Shown: piece after piece, positions 50,741-64,000 of the stretch
Position numbering within the stretch: position 1 is the first letter of the stretch
Layout of the letters: every line of letters begins with the position of its first letter
Source of the DNA: Yuukianura sp. NJ FZ-2021
Taxonomy: Eukaryota
Assembly: GCA_046563655.1 (NCBI GenBank)
Contig: CM102288.1
Location: 4,278,001-4,342,000 of the forward strand
DNA: 64,000 nucleotides
Direction: 5' to 3'
Made by a program: the position numbers and the translations under genes
The notes under the pieces: generated by a model
The model's input: the letters and a program-made list of their open reading frames with translations, nothing else
Database searches by the model: none
What the model was told of the DNA's origin: nothing

Positions 50741-50836
50741 GAGCGGAAGACGAGAAAACAGCGCTTTTTGAGCGGAAGACGAGAAAACAGCGCTTTTTGA
50801 GCGGAAGACGAGAAAACAGCGCTTTTTGAGCGGAAG
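50741..50836. repeat. 29-bp minisatellite, about 3.3 perfect copies
   Basis: GAGCGGAAGACGAGAAAACAGCGCTTTTT three times, then GAGCGGAAG. Confidence 0.95.
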
Positions 50837-51053
50837 TGAAACAGGAAGCTTAGCTTACAGATCCTGTGTTGGTGCTAATTGTTTAGCAAAAGGTGATACG
50901 AGAGTGACGGGAGTCATTACGTGGAGGTGTGAGGGAGGTCATTAAGCCTTACAATAATCACGGCGGTGATTAGTCCGTGCCAAGGTCAAAGGTCATCTGT
51001 CACCATCCATCTCCGTTGCCTTGTTCCGCAATTAGTACTACAGCCAAACCACA

Positions 51054-54014
51054 ATGGCCTACAGATACTTTGCCTCTAGAACCATTTATCAAATTGTTGC
51101 TGTAATGGAAACAGTAAGTCAATTTTGACTTTTTCCTCATTTTTTGCAAAAGTAGTCAGTAAAATTTCAAAAAGTTTTGAAAAAATCGAAAATTCTGCTG
51201 TCAAGTTTCGGATTTTTCATTTTCCGTGTCGTGTGCTGGAAAACAAAACACTTGCATGAAAAAGTCGAAGACATAACATAACTGTGTTTTGAATCGGCAT
51301 TTTTAAAACGTAATACTAAAATTTTTGAAAAACTTTTCGAAACAACATTTGAGAATTGAAATTGAGCGAAAAATTGCAAAACCACAAGAGAGAAGGGCAT
51401 GAAAATTTTTTTGGAATAATTTTATGGAGTGAGGATGCATAAGGTTAGTCTTGCAAAAAGCGTTTTTTTTTTCATTTCCATGAAGCGCAAAAAATGTTTG
51501 GCCAAGGTTGATTTTTATCATGCGGTTTCTTTTTTGTGTGATTTCTTTCATCGTAAATAAAAATTTCGTCATTTTTTTAGCTTCTGGAAAAATTCTTGTA
51601 TGAACTTACTTCGTAATAAAAGTTTTTGTGTACATAACGTGATTTTAAAGTTTTTAAAACCTGATCTTACACTGTTTCTTAGAATTTTTCATAAAATTTT
51701 TTAAAAATGATGCTCGCTGAGTGGAATCTTTCATAAAAGTTTCAACTTTCAATTAGTTCCAATCATTGACTACAGGACAACATCATCATCTTCTAACGTT
51801 AACATTTTATGTTACGGGCCACATCACGCCAATTTTGGGCCGTGTGTGCCTAGTTATGTGTTCATGTGTTTATGATGTTCATTAAACGATATGCTATGTA
51901 AACACATTTCCTGTCTCAAGTACCATGTGTCTCTTGTCATGTTCACTAATAACCTTATGTAACCCACCAAAAGTAGCCATGTAACCTAGCCAAAGTAACC
52001 ATGCAACTGTGGTTACTACTTCACAAAGTCAAAGTGTAACCTTTCCACTTTGTAATTTTACTTTATAGTTTAGCTGAATTTTGAAAATGAGTCTTCGGGG
52101 AATTTTTTTTGTGGTTTTGCTCAAAGCTGGATTCGATTGTCTTTGATTACAGTTTTTATTTTTCTACTGAAATCTGAAGAAGAAACTGATTTTCTCTTGT
52201 GATTTTGTTTTTCAGTTATTCTCAACGGTGATCTTAGTTTTTTCTTGTATGGCCCTCGGAAAATTCTACGAAGAAGATGAAGCTTTTGAATCCGATAATC
52301 AAATCCTATTGTGTAAGAAACCAATTACTTAATTTTATACACGTTTCTTTTCATCTCCACGCTCCTTGTTTCCTTCTTTCGTTTTTGCAATAGCACATTT
52401 TCTACATTGTATTTCATGAAATCTTTCACAAGTACTTCTACCTTAACTCTTTTTTTAGACTCAAGTATTGGGGGAGTGATTGTAGGTGTGGTCCAAATCC
52501 TAGCCGCCGGAGCTCTCCTTTTGTCCAGCAGAGTAAGTACAAATTTTCAAAAAAAAATCAAAAATTTATGATTTACATTTACATGAAAGTTCCAAGATGA
52601 CTTCAGAATTTCATTTGCCTTCACTCCATCATCTTGGAATTCGAATTTTTAGCTTTAGTGCCCCCACTTTTTTTCAAAATCAAATTCCAGTTCGAAAAAA
52701 ATTGTTTCATAGCTTCATCATCTTCATAATCGCCTGTCTACTATGTATTTAGTTTTGATGAAAACAATTATAATTGCGCTGTTTTTTCTTAATGCTCAAC
52801 TTTGACTTTGAAAGTCAAAGTGTTTTGAAAGAAAAAATTTTCATTCTTTTCTTGTTGTTGAAAAGTTTATTCTTATGTGTTTGCAATGCAAACTGCGAAA
52901 TTCTAAAGTCGAAGTCCTTGATTTTTCGAAGAAGACGCGTGACAGTGCACTTTTTGGCCAAAGAGAAGGTGACTGACAGTGATGGTGGTCACTTGTCGTT
53001 TGTTTACTTGGGAGAAGGACGGAAGGTGACATGGACACTGTTCTTTTTCCAAGAATCAAATGTAAATTGTAGCTAATGGGCACTTTAACGTCCATTTTTT
53101 ATGACGTTCCGTAGGAACAACAGGCAGTCCCAAGTGTGTTCACTGTATTTACAGTTACAAAGAACAACTTCGACCGAAAGATTAATGACTTTTTGTATTT
53201 TGTTTAAATTGAAACTGATAGTAATCACAAAATATCAAACTAAACAATCTGTAGTTGTTTAGGAATTCAATTGGAAAGTTACAGTTTTGGTCATGTTAGA
53301 ATTGTCACACGGGGAAAGTTTGATTTTTTCGTAACAATTTCAATTTACTTTTGGATATGAGAAAAAAAATCCAGGTCAAGATTGATTTGTTCTAAATTTT
53401 TAAATTAGTTCAATTAACTTTCAGTTTTTTTCCGTGTGAGACCACTTGATTTTTTTTGTTCAGTAAGTCACATGATCTTTTGTCAAGTTTCGCTACTCCT
53501 GCTAGTAATTGGATGAAATTTTTATCGATTCGGACTTTCAGTAAAACTGATTGAGTTCGACGCACGAAGGAAGGAGAAAGTGTTCAATCTTTAAAAAAAT
53601 CAATCAAAGTCATGCAATCTTTGTTTCTAGATTTCCTGAAAAATTGTGTTAGATTTTCAGATTTTTAGGAAAATCGTAAAAGAATAATCGTACTGATTTA
53701 TTTGATTTTTTTGTTGTATGTTTCAGGCTGCCTTTGACAAAGATGACCTCGCCATTAGCAAAGTTCCGAAAGTGTGGTTCTTCTTGTCTTTCGTGACCTT
53801 TGCCCTCTTGATTTTCATAGTGACGGGACCACTTGTAGAAGAGAAGGTCAAACGAGGTCTCAAAACATCACCACTCAAAGAATCCATTGCCCATGTCTTT
53901 ACCTACGTAGTGGCCAATGCTCTGTTTAAAATCATCTTCATCTGGGCCATGTCCACGACAATTCGGTTTAAAAAACGAAGACCAACTGAATCTACATTGG
54001 CACTGGAACGGTAG
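51054..54014 (+). CDS. Uncharacterised ~172-aa four-transmembrane protein
   Basis: Exons 51054-51113, 52216-52312, 52459-52532 and 53727-54014 have canonical GT-AG sites with matching phases (0,1,0). The product has four hydrophobic segments and a basic tail (RFKKRRP). Confidence 0.7.
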
Positions 54015-54952
54015 TGAAAGTGTTGCTGAGCAACGCCAACCAATCACAGAAGCCAGACAGAAAGACAAACCAATCAGAATCCACACGGAAGTGTTTTGTG
54101 TCTCTCCGTCTCTCTCTCATTATTTCGGAATCGATTTCCGAAATGTTCCAGAGAGTCAGAAGAAGAAAACTGTCATATTTATTGGAAAATTGGGGGCGGG
54201 ATAATGTTTAAACGCTTAGAAAATAGTACGGGGATTTTTGTAGTCTGTTATTACAGGTAAATACATAGTGTATAATTAACCAAATGCTTTTGAAGCTCCA
54301 AAACATCTGACATGTCCGGTGTGCTTAGAGTCACCTTCGACCTGTTCCTAGCACCCTTCGATTCTTCAAAAGTTTGTCTAAACAAAAAGTATTTGGTTTT
54401 GGTACAAAACAAATTCGTAAACACAGTTAAATCAACAGGATTTTATTTGATTTGTAAACAGCTCGGTTCTAGGTTGAACGGTTTGTATTTTTTACTTTGT
54501 ATGTCTAATTTTCCAAATTCATCCCATAGTTTGTGTCAAAAAGTGAAATTTTTGAGATTTTACTGTTTTTATTGAAGTGTCGTGTTGACCTTTTGACCTT
54601 ATGAGACCAGTTTTGTGAATTGTAATTGTAATATGTGATTGTTGTGATATTATATTTGAAAACATGTTGAATAAATTAACGTTGACATTTTGACACATCG
54701 GGAATATATTCGAATATTGAATATCAATAATTACCTCAATTCCTTCCGTAAACAGTATTTTAGCAACAACGCAAGTCCAAGACATTAGGTAAACCACCGT
54801 CAAACGTTCAAATTTTTTCAAAGTTTCAAAATTTTGGAATTTTTTTTTGAAATTCCAGGAAGAGTTGTGCGCAGAAGCAATGGAGCTGGACCGGAATTTT
54901 TTAAAAAGCTGCCAAATGTCACAGGTTAAATGAGCAGAACCAAATCGATTTT

Positions 54953-57900
54953 TCATTCGTCCAAAATCGTCGTCGTAGTTTTCTGAGTTTCAGGATGTTC
55001 TGGAGCGACATTGTCGTCATCAGTGGGAGTACTTTGTTGCTCAATGTCGTCATCGAACGGCGACATTTCTTCATCTGGTTCACGTGCTTCCGGAATATCT
55101 TCTAGAATTGGGGAGAGTGCAGGGTGAAACGGATTGGTCAATTCCCGTCGCGTATCTTTTGCCGTTGCGAATTTGGTAACGAACGGAATCGTTGAGGAGA
55201 TGAGGGAAGAGGCGACGAGAAACATTCCAGCCAACATGAAGGGAACGTCGTAAGACTGGAATGTGTCATACAGAAATCCTACAAAGGACAACCAAAAACG
55301 TTTTTCAAAAACAACTTTTTCAATTTTTCAAAATTTTGAAAACTTCTCTTTCTCTCAGTTCTTATGCTCTAAAGACACATTTATTATGACGCCTAAACCC
55401 AAGTAACAAGGAATGGAAACAGAAAGGTAGAAAAAACCGAAAAACGAAACGAAAACCCCGGAAAAGCCTGAATTCAAAAATTCATAACTGGTATATGTGA
55501 TGCCCTGGAAGACTTTGCTTGACTTGGAGAATTTTTTCATAATTTCATGAAAGTTTTTCATAATTTCATGTTTATTTATAGGATTAGAACAAAATCTGTA
55601 GTTACCTGCGAATGGACTACCGATGATTGACGCAAATCCTCTGAAGAACATGAGGAGTCCAAAAGCGTTGGTCAAGTTGTCGAGTCCAAGGAGGTCAACT
55701 AGTGTGATCGAAGTAAGGGCAATGAACCCTGACAGAAACAGGCCAAACAAGACGTAGATGACGATGAGGGACACATACGTTGGACACCACGGAACGAGTC
55801 CAACCACCACTCCCATGCCCAACAAACAAATATTGTTCAAATACAAAGAGTTAATCAGCTTCAGGTCACTCAGCATCCCGAATCCAACACGACCTACGGT
55901 ATTCATCGCTCCAATGATAGAAATCAACAGAGCAGCATCATCTCGAGGGATATCCTAAAACAGTTTAAAACAGTTTTCAAATTTTGAAATTTTTGAAATT
56001 TTTAAAATTTGAATCTTACTTTTTCAGCACAGAAGTCAATAATGTAAACAAAAGGCACGTAGAATCCAAGCATTCCGACTACTCCGCTGAGTGCAATACA
56101 AAGGAACACAGGGTTGCGCAGAAGCGTAAAATCCATAAACGACTGAAGTGATTTGACTGTAGCTGCGAGACGTCTAGTGAAGGTGGGGCAAAAGGTGGGT
56201 TTGGTCCCACCGAAGTCTTTCTGCACAGAACCGACCGTATGTAGACTCAGAATGCTTTGGCGGTAGTTGAGTGGATTCTGAGTGTATTCGGGTAGATGGG
56301 TGATTGACCCAGAATAGAAAATGTCTTTTCGAGACAAAGGGCGAATGATCCGGTGAACTGAGCCGGATGACCCTGAAATTGACCCGGGCCTCCATTTTAG
56401 ACTAGGATGAATTGACGGCAAATCGGATTTCATTTGAAGAGGTTCATCTATGGACTCTGCAATTGAAAAACTCTCGCGTCGGGATCCGATAGGTGACGGC
56501 TCAGAGTTTCTTTTGGAAAAAAACCTAAAAAGAAGTCAAAAGAGGTCAAAGGTCACATTTTAGTAAATGAAAAGTTCAAATTCATGCAAGGTTAACCTGG
56601 CACTGATGATTGACCCGGGAACGGCCTTGAATGAAAATCTCCTTTGGTCGTGGGAACTTCGCTGTTCGTCGTCGTTCAGGCAATGGTCGTCGTGCATCGG
56701 GTCATGTGATGACCCCTTGGGGTAATGTGGTGACTCAAGGTCGATTTCCTTTGACCCCAAAGTTTTTCTGGAGTTATGAAGGTTAGGGTCGTGACTACTG
56801 CTTCTAGACACCGGGCTATTTAGCACAAAAATTGCATAAGAGGTCATTGACCTTTGTGGGAGTCACGTTGACCTTTGCGTTTAAAGGTCACTTACATATT
56901 GATTCCCCTTGGGTGAATCTCTATAGACGAACTGCTTCTGCCAATTCCTTCGTCCAGTTTTTCGAGGTCTGTTGACCCCTCTGACCCCGAGCTTTGTTTC
57001 TGTTCCGTCTCTGTAATGGTCGAAAGCGGAGGGTGGATGGGGGTGAGTGGGGGAAGCGGAGTGTGTGACCCCGTGAACTGAAACTGGTCCAAATGAAATG
57101 TGGAATGGACTCCAGGGTCAATGTTCAAAGGAAGCTTTTGGCGTCGTTCCATCGTTCCATCCGGCAGTTGCACCATGAAATACTCCGATCCACTTATGGA
57201 ATTCTTTTCAAAATGCTGTTTCCGCTCTTCTGCCATGCGGTAAAGGAGGGGTCGTCGTTTGGGGTCAAGGTCAACCAGGCCTTCGTCATCTGCAAAGTCA
57301 TCCAACGCTTCGCGCTTGATTTCCAGTGGACGAATCAGAGCTCCGCAGCACTTGAGGAAAAAATTGAACGTTTTTCAAAATACGATATGAGTTTAGTAGG
57401 TCACTAATTCACATAGTCACTCCTCAATGTATTTTCAAATTTAAAATTTGTTTGAAAAAAAAAATAAGAATTTTCAATTTTGAGTTTTTTTTAACTCACC
57501 CCACAGATAAATAGGAGTCCAGCATAAATCAGGTTCACTGTGCGCCAACTCATTCGACCGGAAAGCCATGATGCCATTGGTGCAAACGAAGTAGCACCAA
57601 ATCCAGAACCGCAAACGGCAATTCCAGTGGCCAGTGCTCGTCTTTTTTCAAAATAGTAGCCAACAGACACGATGTTTGGAAGGTAAATGAAACCAAAACC
57701 GATTGCTAATTTCAAAAAAATATTTCGTTTTTGAAATTTTTTGAAAATTTGATTTTTCGAAATACTTGACCTTCATGACCTTACCACCGAGAACTCCATA
57801 AGACAGAAGCATCAGTGTCAAACTGTCAGCAAACGACGACAGGATGAACCCTATGCAAGCCACCGCACTGCCCACCATACACACCGTCCGACATCCAAAT

Positions 57901-58644
57901 TTGTTTGTACACGCTCCAACTATTATTTATATACAAATTAATATATTATTTTAATTAATTATTTTTATTATTCTTACCTATAGGTCCAATACACAGTGAG
58001 CCACCACATAACAAACTGCCGGCCCAAGCCACTTGACCTTTGCCAGCATCAAAGGACTCTGCCATTTGCGGCAGGAAAACGCCAAAAGTACATGTGATTC
58101 CGTCCAGCACCAAGTTGCACACGAAAGAAGCAAACACGATGACCCACCCGTAGCCACCATCCGGTGGCACAGGAGCCCCACCATGAATCATTTCATTCAA
58201 AATTGCCTCCTCTTCTTCCTTATCTTCAGATTGCTGACCTCCAAATGTATCTAGAATACTCTTGAAAGAGGCTTTGGAGGTCATGGAACGCAGAGATTGA
58301 CCTGACCTGTTCCCCATCACACTTGCCTTGGAGGTCATTGACCTTATGGACCTATTTAACCTTGTTTCTGACGGGGTCATGGGTTCACTCTCTCCTTCTG
58401 GAACGTACACAGGGACATGATGACTGTTTTCCATGCTAGTGTCGTGCTAGAAACAGGAAAACATGAGTCAAGAATATTTCAAATTGCTTTTCTTAAAAAT
58501 TTTTCAAAATTTTGGATTCATTGTTTTCAATTTTAGAATTTAAAATGAGTTTAATTTTACCCAATCACTTGTTTCTGGTCCGTTTGGAACAGAAATGTCA
58601 TCAGGTACACTTGAATTTGAAACTGACAGATCCTTTTCACCCAT
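54953..58644 (-). CDS. Monocarboxylate transporter (SLC16/MCT family, MFS)
   Basis: PPDGGYGWVIVFASF, YFEKRRALATGIAVCGSG, a long cytoplasmic loop with RPLSRKDIFYSGS, NTVGRV, LLGLDNLTNAFG and GSPFAG. Probable first coding exon 58644-58561. Confidence 0.93.
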
Positions 58645-59774
58645 ATTTCGAAATTTTCGAAACTTGATGTTAAATTGTAAAATTTTAAAATTATGTTTTG
58701 AAACGATTACATTTCTGAAGATTCTCACAACTTGCTTGTTCTAGAGTAGCTTGTCTTGTGTTTTTAATTTTTGAGTCACATTGAATCAGATATTTTTAGT
58801 TTTCTTCCATGCGTCACTATGTCTGGAGTTTGCCTTTGTTTTTGTTGTTGGTTTGGTGGTTACGTATTGTGTATATATGAAGTCAGGAACCCACAACGTG
58901 CCAAAAAACTGCAAAGTGCGAATTTGTTTTGGTCATGGAAAGAACCCGTGAAGGAAAAGACTGTCACTGGACGCAGAAGGAGCTGAAGAAGAAGAGTTGA
59001 CATTGAAAACAGTGGCCTTGCACTCTCTGCTGAGTCTCTACAGCGCAGAATTGTGACTCATAAATATCGGACGCTTCGGAAGAAAGTGGGACGCCCTACT
59101 TTCTCGAACGCCAATTTGCAAAAAAAGTTGCAAAATATTTGCACTAAAATAGCTTGCTGCTACAGCTTCCTTTCTCTCATGCGCAAACTTTCTCCGTATG
59201 AAGCGTAATCCTACGAAATTATGCTTTGCAGAATAAATTCACATGAAAAATTGTATTCAGCTTCACAATTCAGATTGTCATTTTAAATTTTATTTTATCT
59301 TTTTATCATTTTTGTATGGATTTGTTTGAAAAAGCAAAATTTAGACAAAGATACACATTTGAAGCAAAAATTATGCTTATATAACTTGGTTTGTAAAGAA
59401 AATTGACTATACTCGGTGTTTTCCAAGGAAGCTCACTTTGTCGTGGTACTTCCGGATTTTTTTGGCAGCATTACTTCCCTTGTACTTAGATGGATGTCCA
59501 TCCTATTAAACACAACCTTACTCATTTCCTTGTCACTAATTTATGTAAAATTTAAAAAATCAACGTTTAATTGTTAATTTACATGATTCATGTGCTTCGC
59601 AAAAATAATGTGGGACAGTCGTTGGAGTCTCCCAGCCACGGATGCGTACACAATACTATAGATGTTCTCGCGCTCCAGTGTCAACTCGAGGGACTTCAGA
59701 TCTGAAAAGAAATTAACTTGAATTGAAGTATTACATTTATACAATAGTAGAAACTGGGAACTTTTTGAAATAGC

Positions 59775-61320
59775 TTAGATGTTATGGTGGTTACTTTTCA
59801 GTTCCCGAATCGGGTTTTTGGCAACGCCGGTTCCTTTGCGTACTTTCACTTTTTTGACTTTGTTAACAAAGTAGTGACGAACTTCGTCTCTCAATTGGAT
59901 AGTGTAAGGTTCACCAGTTAAAACCTCCCATGGATTTCCAGTTAGCTTGAGATGTTCCAGCCGAGGCACACCAGCAACCAAGGAACAAAATCCGTCAAAG
60001 TCTGGATACATCGTTCGACCATCATCGGGAAAACCGCTCAGAAAGAGGCTAAGTTTCGTTACATTTGGAAACAGTAAGTTTGCTCCATTTGACGCAATGT
60101 TTCTGCAACTGGTTAACCGAAGTTGGCGCAAACCATGGAAAGTGGTCGTCGGCAACAATGGAATGTCGTCGTAGTGAGCGCGGTTTTCAAAAAACTTGAG
60201 CTTATACAGAGGCAAAGTTTGAATACAATTCCAAATTGCAGTTTTGAGTGGCGTGTCAAGTTCAATCGGAAGTGAAATTGCAAGAGCGACAATTCTGGGT
60301 TGTGGATCCAAGGCTTCGAGTCGATTCCAAACATTTTGAAACGTATTGGTGACAATTCCGAGCCGAAGTTTGACTTTTGTAGAACGTGAGCGCAGAAGGC
60401 TTAGAAAATCTGGAAGTCTTTGCAACTCTTTTGTTCGCATTGTGTCCTCGGCATAGTTCCCATTCCTGCGGTGTCTAAGGAACTCTGGCATTCCAGCATG
60501 TTCGTAGGCGACTTCGCAGAAGTAAGGATAGTAAAGTAGCGACAGGACTTGTAGACGCGGAGAATACTGGATAACTTTTTCAAAAAATGTGGGCTGGTCG
60601 GCTGGAACTGTCCGGCGACCAAAAGGAAAATGTTCAACGAGTGCAAATTTGACCTTGAACTTTTTCAAATTCCGAAAAGCTTGAGCGTAGGTTGCAGCAT
60701 CGCCGTCAGGGAATTGTACTCCGCAGTGTCCGTAGTAAGCGACGAGTGACAGAGATGTCAAATTCGTAATGGTCATAAGCAGCCGGTGGACTGATTTAAC
60801 ATAGCGACGTTCTTCCCAAAATTCATTTGTCATCTCCCATGTCAAAGGTTCATAAATCTCATCCCGCGATATGTTGAACTGGAACGACAGTCCTGTGCGA
60901 TCCACTGAGCTGTTCATGAACTTCTTAATATCGATTGGAGCAATGTCTTGGTCAACATGGAACGTAAATTTGGAAAACGGAATTCTGTTTCCAGGAGTAG
61001 TGCGCATGAGCCATTCAAAGAAGTTGATGTCGGTGACTCTCCGGAAATGAATGGACTTGTGACGTGTTCGAAGGCTCTGCTGGGTAGCTGGATCGTCTCT
61101 CCAACTGCGACAAACGAGACGACAATTCGGAAGGTCGCTGACCGGAACGAACGAAAGTATTTCAGCGAAAACCTACAAAAAACAAAATGGATGTAAAAAA
61201 AAAAGAAGCGGGTAAATTCATTTTCATAAGGCCAAGACTCACTTCTTCTGGAAGGTCCTGAATAGAAAGTGTGTCCTCTGTTGTAATTTCCTCATCTTCC
61301 ATGTTGCCTTGTTCATCCAT
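59775..61320 (-). CDS. F-box / LRR-like protein
   Basis: MDEQG...SIQDLPEE|VFAEILSFVPVSDLPNCRLVCRSWRD is a clear F-box. It continues in frame into the 410-aa ORF with Leu-rich repeats (NLTSLSL, RLQVLSL, GLRQLRLTSC, RLEHLKL). Confidence 0.85.
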
Positions 61321-62043
61321 TTTCAAAATGTCGTACTTTTTTTGTACCAAGTCAAATCGGAACAAAATGGCTGTTTTAGAATTAGTGGGTTACTCGAATT
61401 CTTTTGTTTGTGTTCTCACAAAGCTATCGTTCATTCGCTGTAGACAAGAAATTACCGGATCGTCCAAAATTGCGACAGGCAGGAGCGTTGAGCGATAAAC
61501 AAAAAAATCAACAGCTTGAAAACTATGGTAGCGACTACAATTTCTATGTCAACCGACAGAACTGGCGGCATCGTAAAACTGGTAAACTCTCTGGGACACA
61601 CTAATATTAAACGTCTGAATTATCTGAATTTTGACTTCCGGTTGGTGTAGTCAGCATATTTTTAGGTAGAAAGGTCATAAAATTAATGAGAAGTTTTTGA
61701 CCTCTCAACTCTTCTCAAAGGTCAAATGAAAATTATTTGGCCAGTGCATCATTTTGAAAATCATAATTTAGCACAGCAAAACAATTTACACACAAACGTC
61801 CAAAATGCAGTCGACGTCAGTTCTTGCAGATAAGATTGTTAGTTTGCGCAGATTTGATTAGCAATTTTCAAATACTCGTCAGGGATTAACATTTGAGTTG
61901 AATTGACCAAAAATGATAAGAACCAAAACTCTTTTGTGTTTTCAGTTCGATTCGATTTCACTAACCTAGTCATTGAAATAAAATTAGTTTTGGCAAAAGT
62001 TCAGTTTTTAAAAATAATTTGGAAATAAAGTCTAAATCTTGAA

Positions 62044-64000
62044 ATGGGTGGGTCATTCTCGACTAAAAAATCGGCTGGAAGTGACGACCGGCAGAAGATT
62101 CGGGCGCATGAGCAAGAAATGGCTAAAGACAATGAAGCTAACGAAGCGATTCTGGATGGTAAGCCTTTTTTAAACAACAATTTTCAAAATGTATGCAGCG
62201 ATGACCAATTTTTAGCGACAATTGGCTTTCAGGTGACCCAAGAAGAGACGTCCATTGGTATCACTGGGTCATTTTTGACATGCGCTTCAGAATTGTTTAT
62301 GCGACACTACTGGCAATGGCCATTGGAGTCGGAGTTACTCTACTGCTCTACCTTTACGTATTTAGTGGAAATGGAAATCAAAAATTTGGAAGTTGTCTGC
62401 TCAATTCAGAATTCAGGTCAAAGTTCAATTTATAAACATGTAGAATTTTCACACAAAACTGGTTTGACCTTGAAAAAATTGAAAATGTTATAAAAAATTG
62501 AATTTCAGGTTTGAGTGTATGATAAATTCAAATCGTCGCGACATCTCTGAAAAAGAGTGTTTCGAAGCCTTCGGTTGTTACACTGACGACGACACTTTAC
62601 CATTCAAATGTCACCATTCATTTCCTCCAGGCTACCAGTACGAAGTTACACAAATCCAGGAATCCTCCGGCGACACTTCAGAAACAAACACAATTGATGT
62701 CACACTTACCGTTGCACCACGACATCCCACCAACATGTTACAACTGTCAGTGAATTTTGATTGGACAGAAGACGGATACTTGGAAATGGAACTTTTCGAT
62801 GCTGCTCGGCGGAAATCAGTTGAACCAACCACGAAAGCTCTAAACGACAACGACCATTTTGTAGTTTCTTTTCCTCCAGAATCCGAATTTTTCTATATTC
62901 ACATTCAGCGTAAAGATACACTCGAGACAATCTTTGATACACGCATGGGCCCTGTCATCATTGACGAAACTTCGCTCAGTTTCTCAACAACTTTGGCCAC
63001 CGAATTCTTCTGGGGCCTGAAAGGTGGACAGCGGGAATTAACGACTCACGTTGTTCTAAACGGTCCAGGAAGTAGCGAACTTCCGTTCTACATGGCTCTG
63101 GAGCAAAGTGGACAATTTCATGGTGTCTTAATTGAAACTTTGGCGCCTTTTATTTTCCAGTACATCGAAGCTCCAGCGATGCTTTTTCACTTTCAGCATG
63201 AAGCGTCAGTCAAGCTACGCTTCTTTCCAGGCCCCACCCCGCAGGACGTTTTTACTCAAGTTCAAAAATACGTAAGAACAATTTTTCTGGAAAAGAATTT
63301 TCCTCAAGTTTAAAAATTTTCTAGCAACAGTTCATATTTTGGTGCGTCTTATACGTGACTGCGTATTATACGCCGTGAAATCGGGTAATTTGAATAAAAC
63401 TTCGTGTTTTAACTCAATGTCTTGTTTTGTTTGTTTAGAAAGAAAAAGTTGCTGGAATTCCAGCGCCAGTACCGAAAGTGCTGCCGCCGTATTGGGCTCT
63501 TGGACTCCACCTTTGCCGGAAAGGTTACGATGCTGGTCAAGCTCTCGCAGAACTAAAAGGACTTGCAGCAGAAGGAAACGACGAGAAGCGGAAACAGATT
63601 CCATATGACTCCGACTGTATTGAAGAAACGCTAAGGAAGCCTTTTGTAATTGACGATTCGACATTCCCTTCGACAGGATCCGGATTTTCTAGTATCTTGG
63701 ATCACATTGTAACCAATGGCCAAAAAATTTTACTGAGTCAGACGATGCCTTTGGACGCTGATCCTCAACCGCCAACGTCAGTTCCACTTATACTGGACGC
63801 AACCGGGGCAGCAGCATTCGTTGGACTTCAGGCTCCGCGGGATGGAAATCTGAGCGAAGGCATTGAAATCGTTTTCCCAGACTACTTAAACAGTCAAATC
63901 CAAGCTTGGGCTGATGCTGAGCTGAGTTCGGGTCTTTCCGGAGGATTTCGGCCGGATGTGAGACACTTGATGACAGGACTCGTGTTGGTTGACAATTTTC
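62044..64000 (+). CDS. Type II membrane GH31 alpha-glucosidase-like protein (5' part; runs off the window)
   Basis: Short cytoplasmic N-terminus, TM helix (IVYATLLAMAIGVGVTLLLYLYVF), Cys-rich trefoil-like segment, then PFYMALEQSGQFHGVLI, FFPGPTPQDV, PPYWALGLHLCR and VFPDYLN, as in the GAA/MGAM subfamily. Confidence 0.85.

Overview
AT-rich, intron-dense eukaryotic DNA from an arthropod. A springtail-like basal hexapod is plausible from the gene content, but this is inference. About 17 protein-coding genes were assembled by hand from GT/GC-AG exons: a Diego/ANKRD6-like ankyrin protein, three tandem phospholipid scramblases, XPR1, a CDA2/vermiform-type chitin deacetylase, a FAM89/LURAP protein, APC11, Raptor, a large Cys-rich repeat surface protein, two F-box proteins, a moody-type GPCR, a MIF4G (CTIF-like) protein, a lamin-derived intermediate filament (IF) protein, a four-TM protein largely missed by the ORF track, an SLC16 transporter and the 5' part of a GH31 glucosidase-like gene. 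The standout is the IF gene. It has a full lamin-type rod but no Ig-fold, NLS or CaaX, a keratin-like Gly/Ser/Tyr tail, and a phase-compatible exon that could add a ~600-aa repeat-rich head. It looks like an independently evolved keratin-like cytoplasmic IF. Second is an apparent intron gain in one scramblase: the new intron is a near-copy of another intron of the same gene and is flanked by an 8-bp direct repeat. All gene models are manual and lack transcript support.
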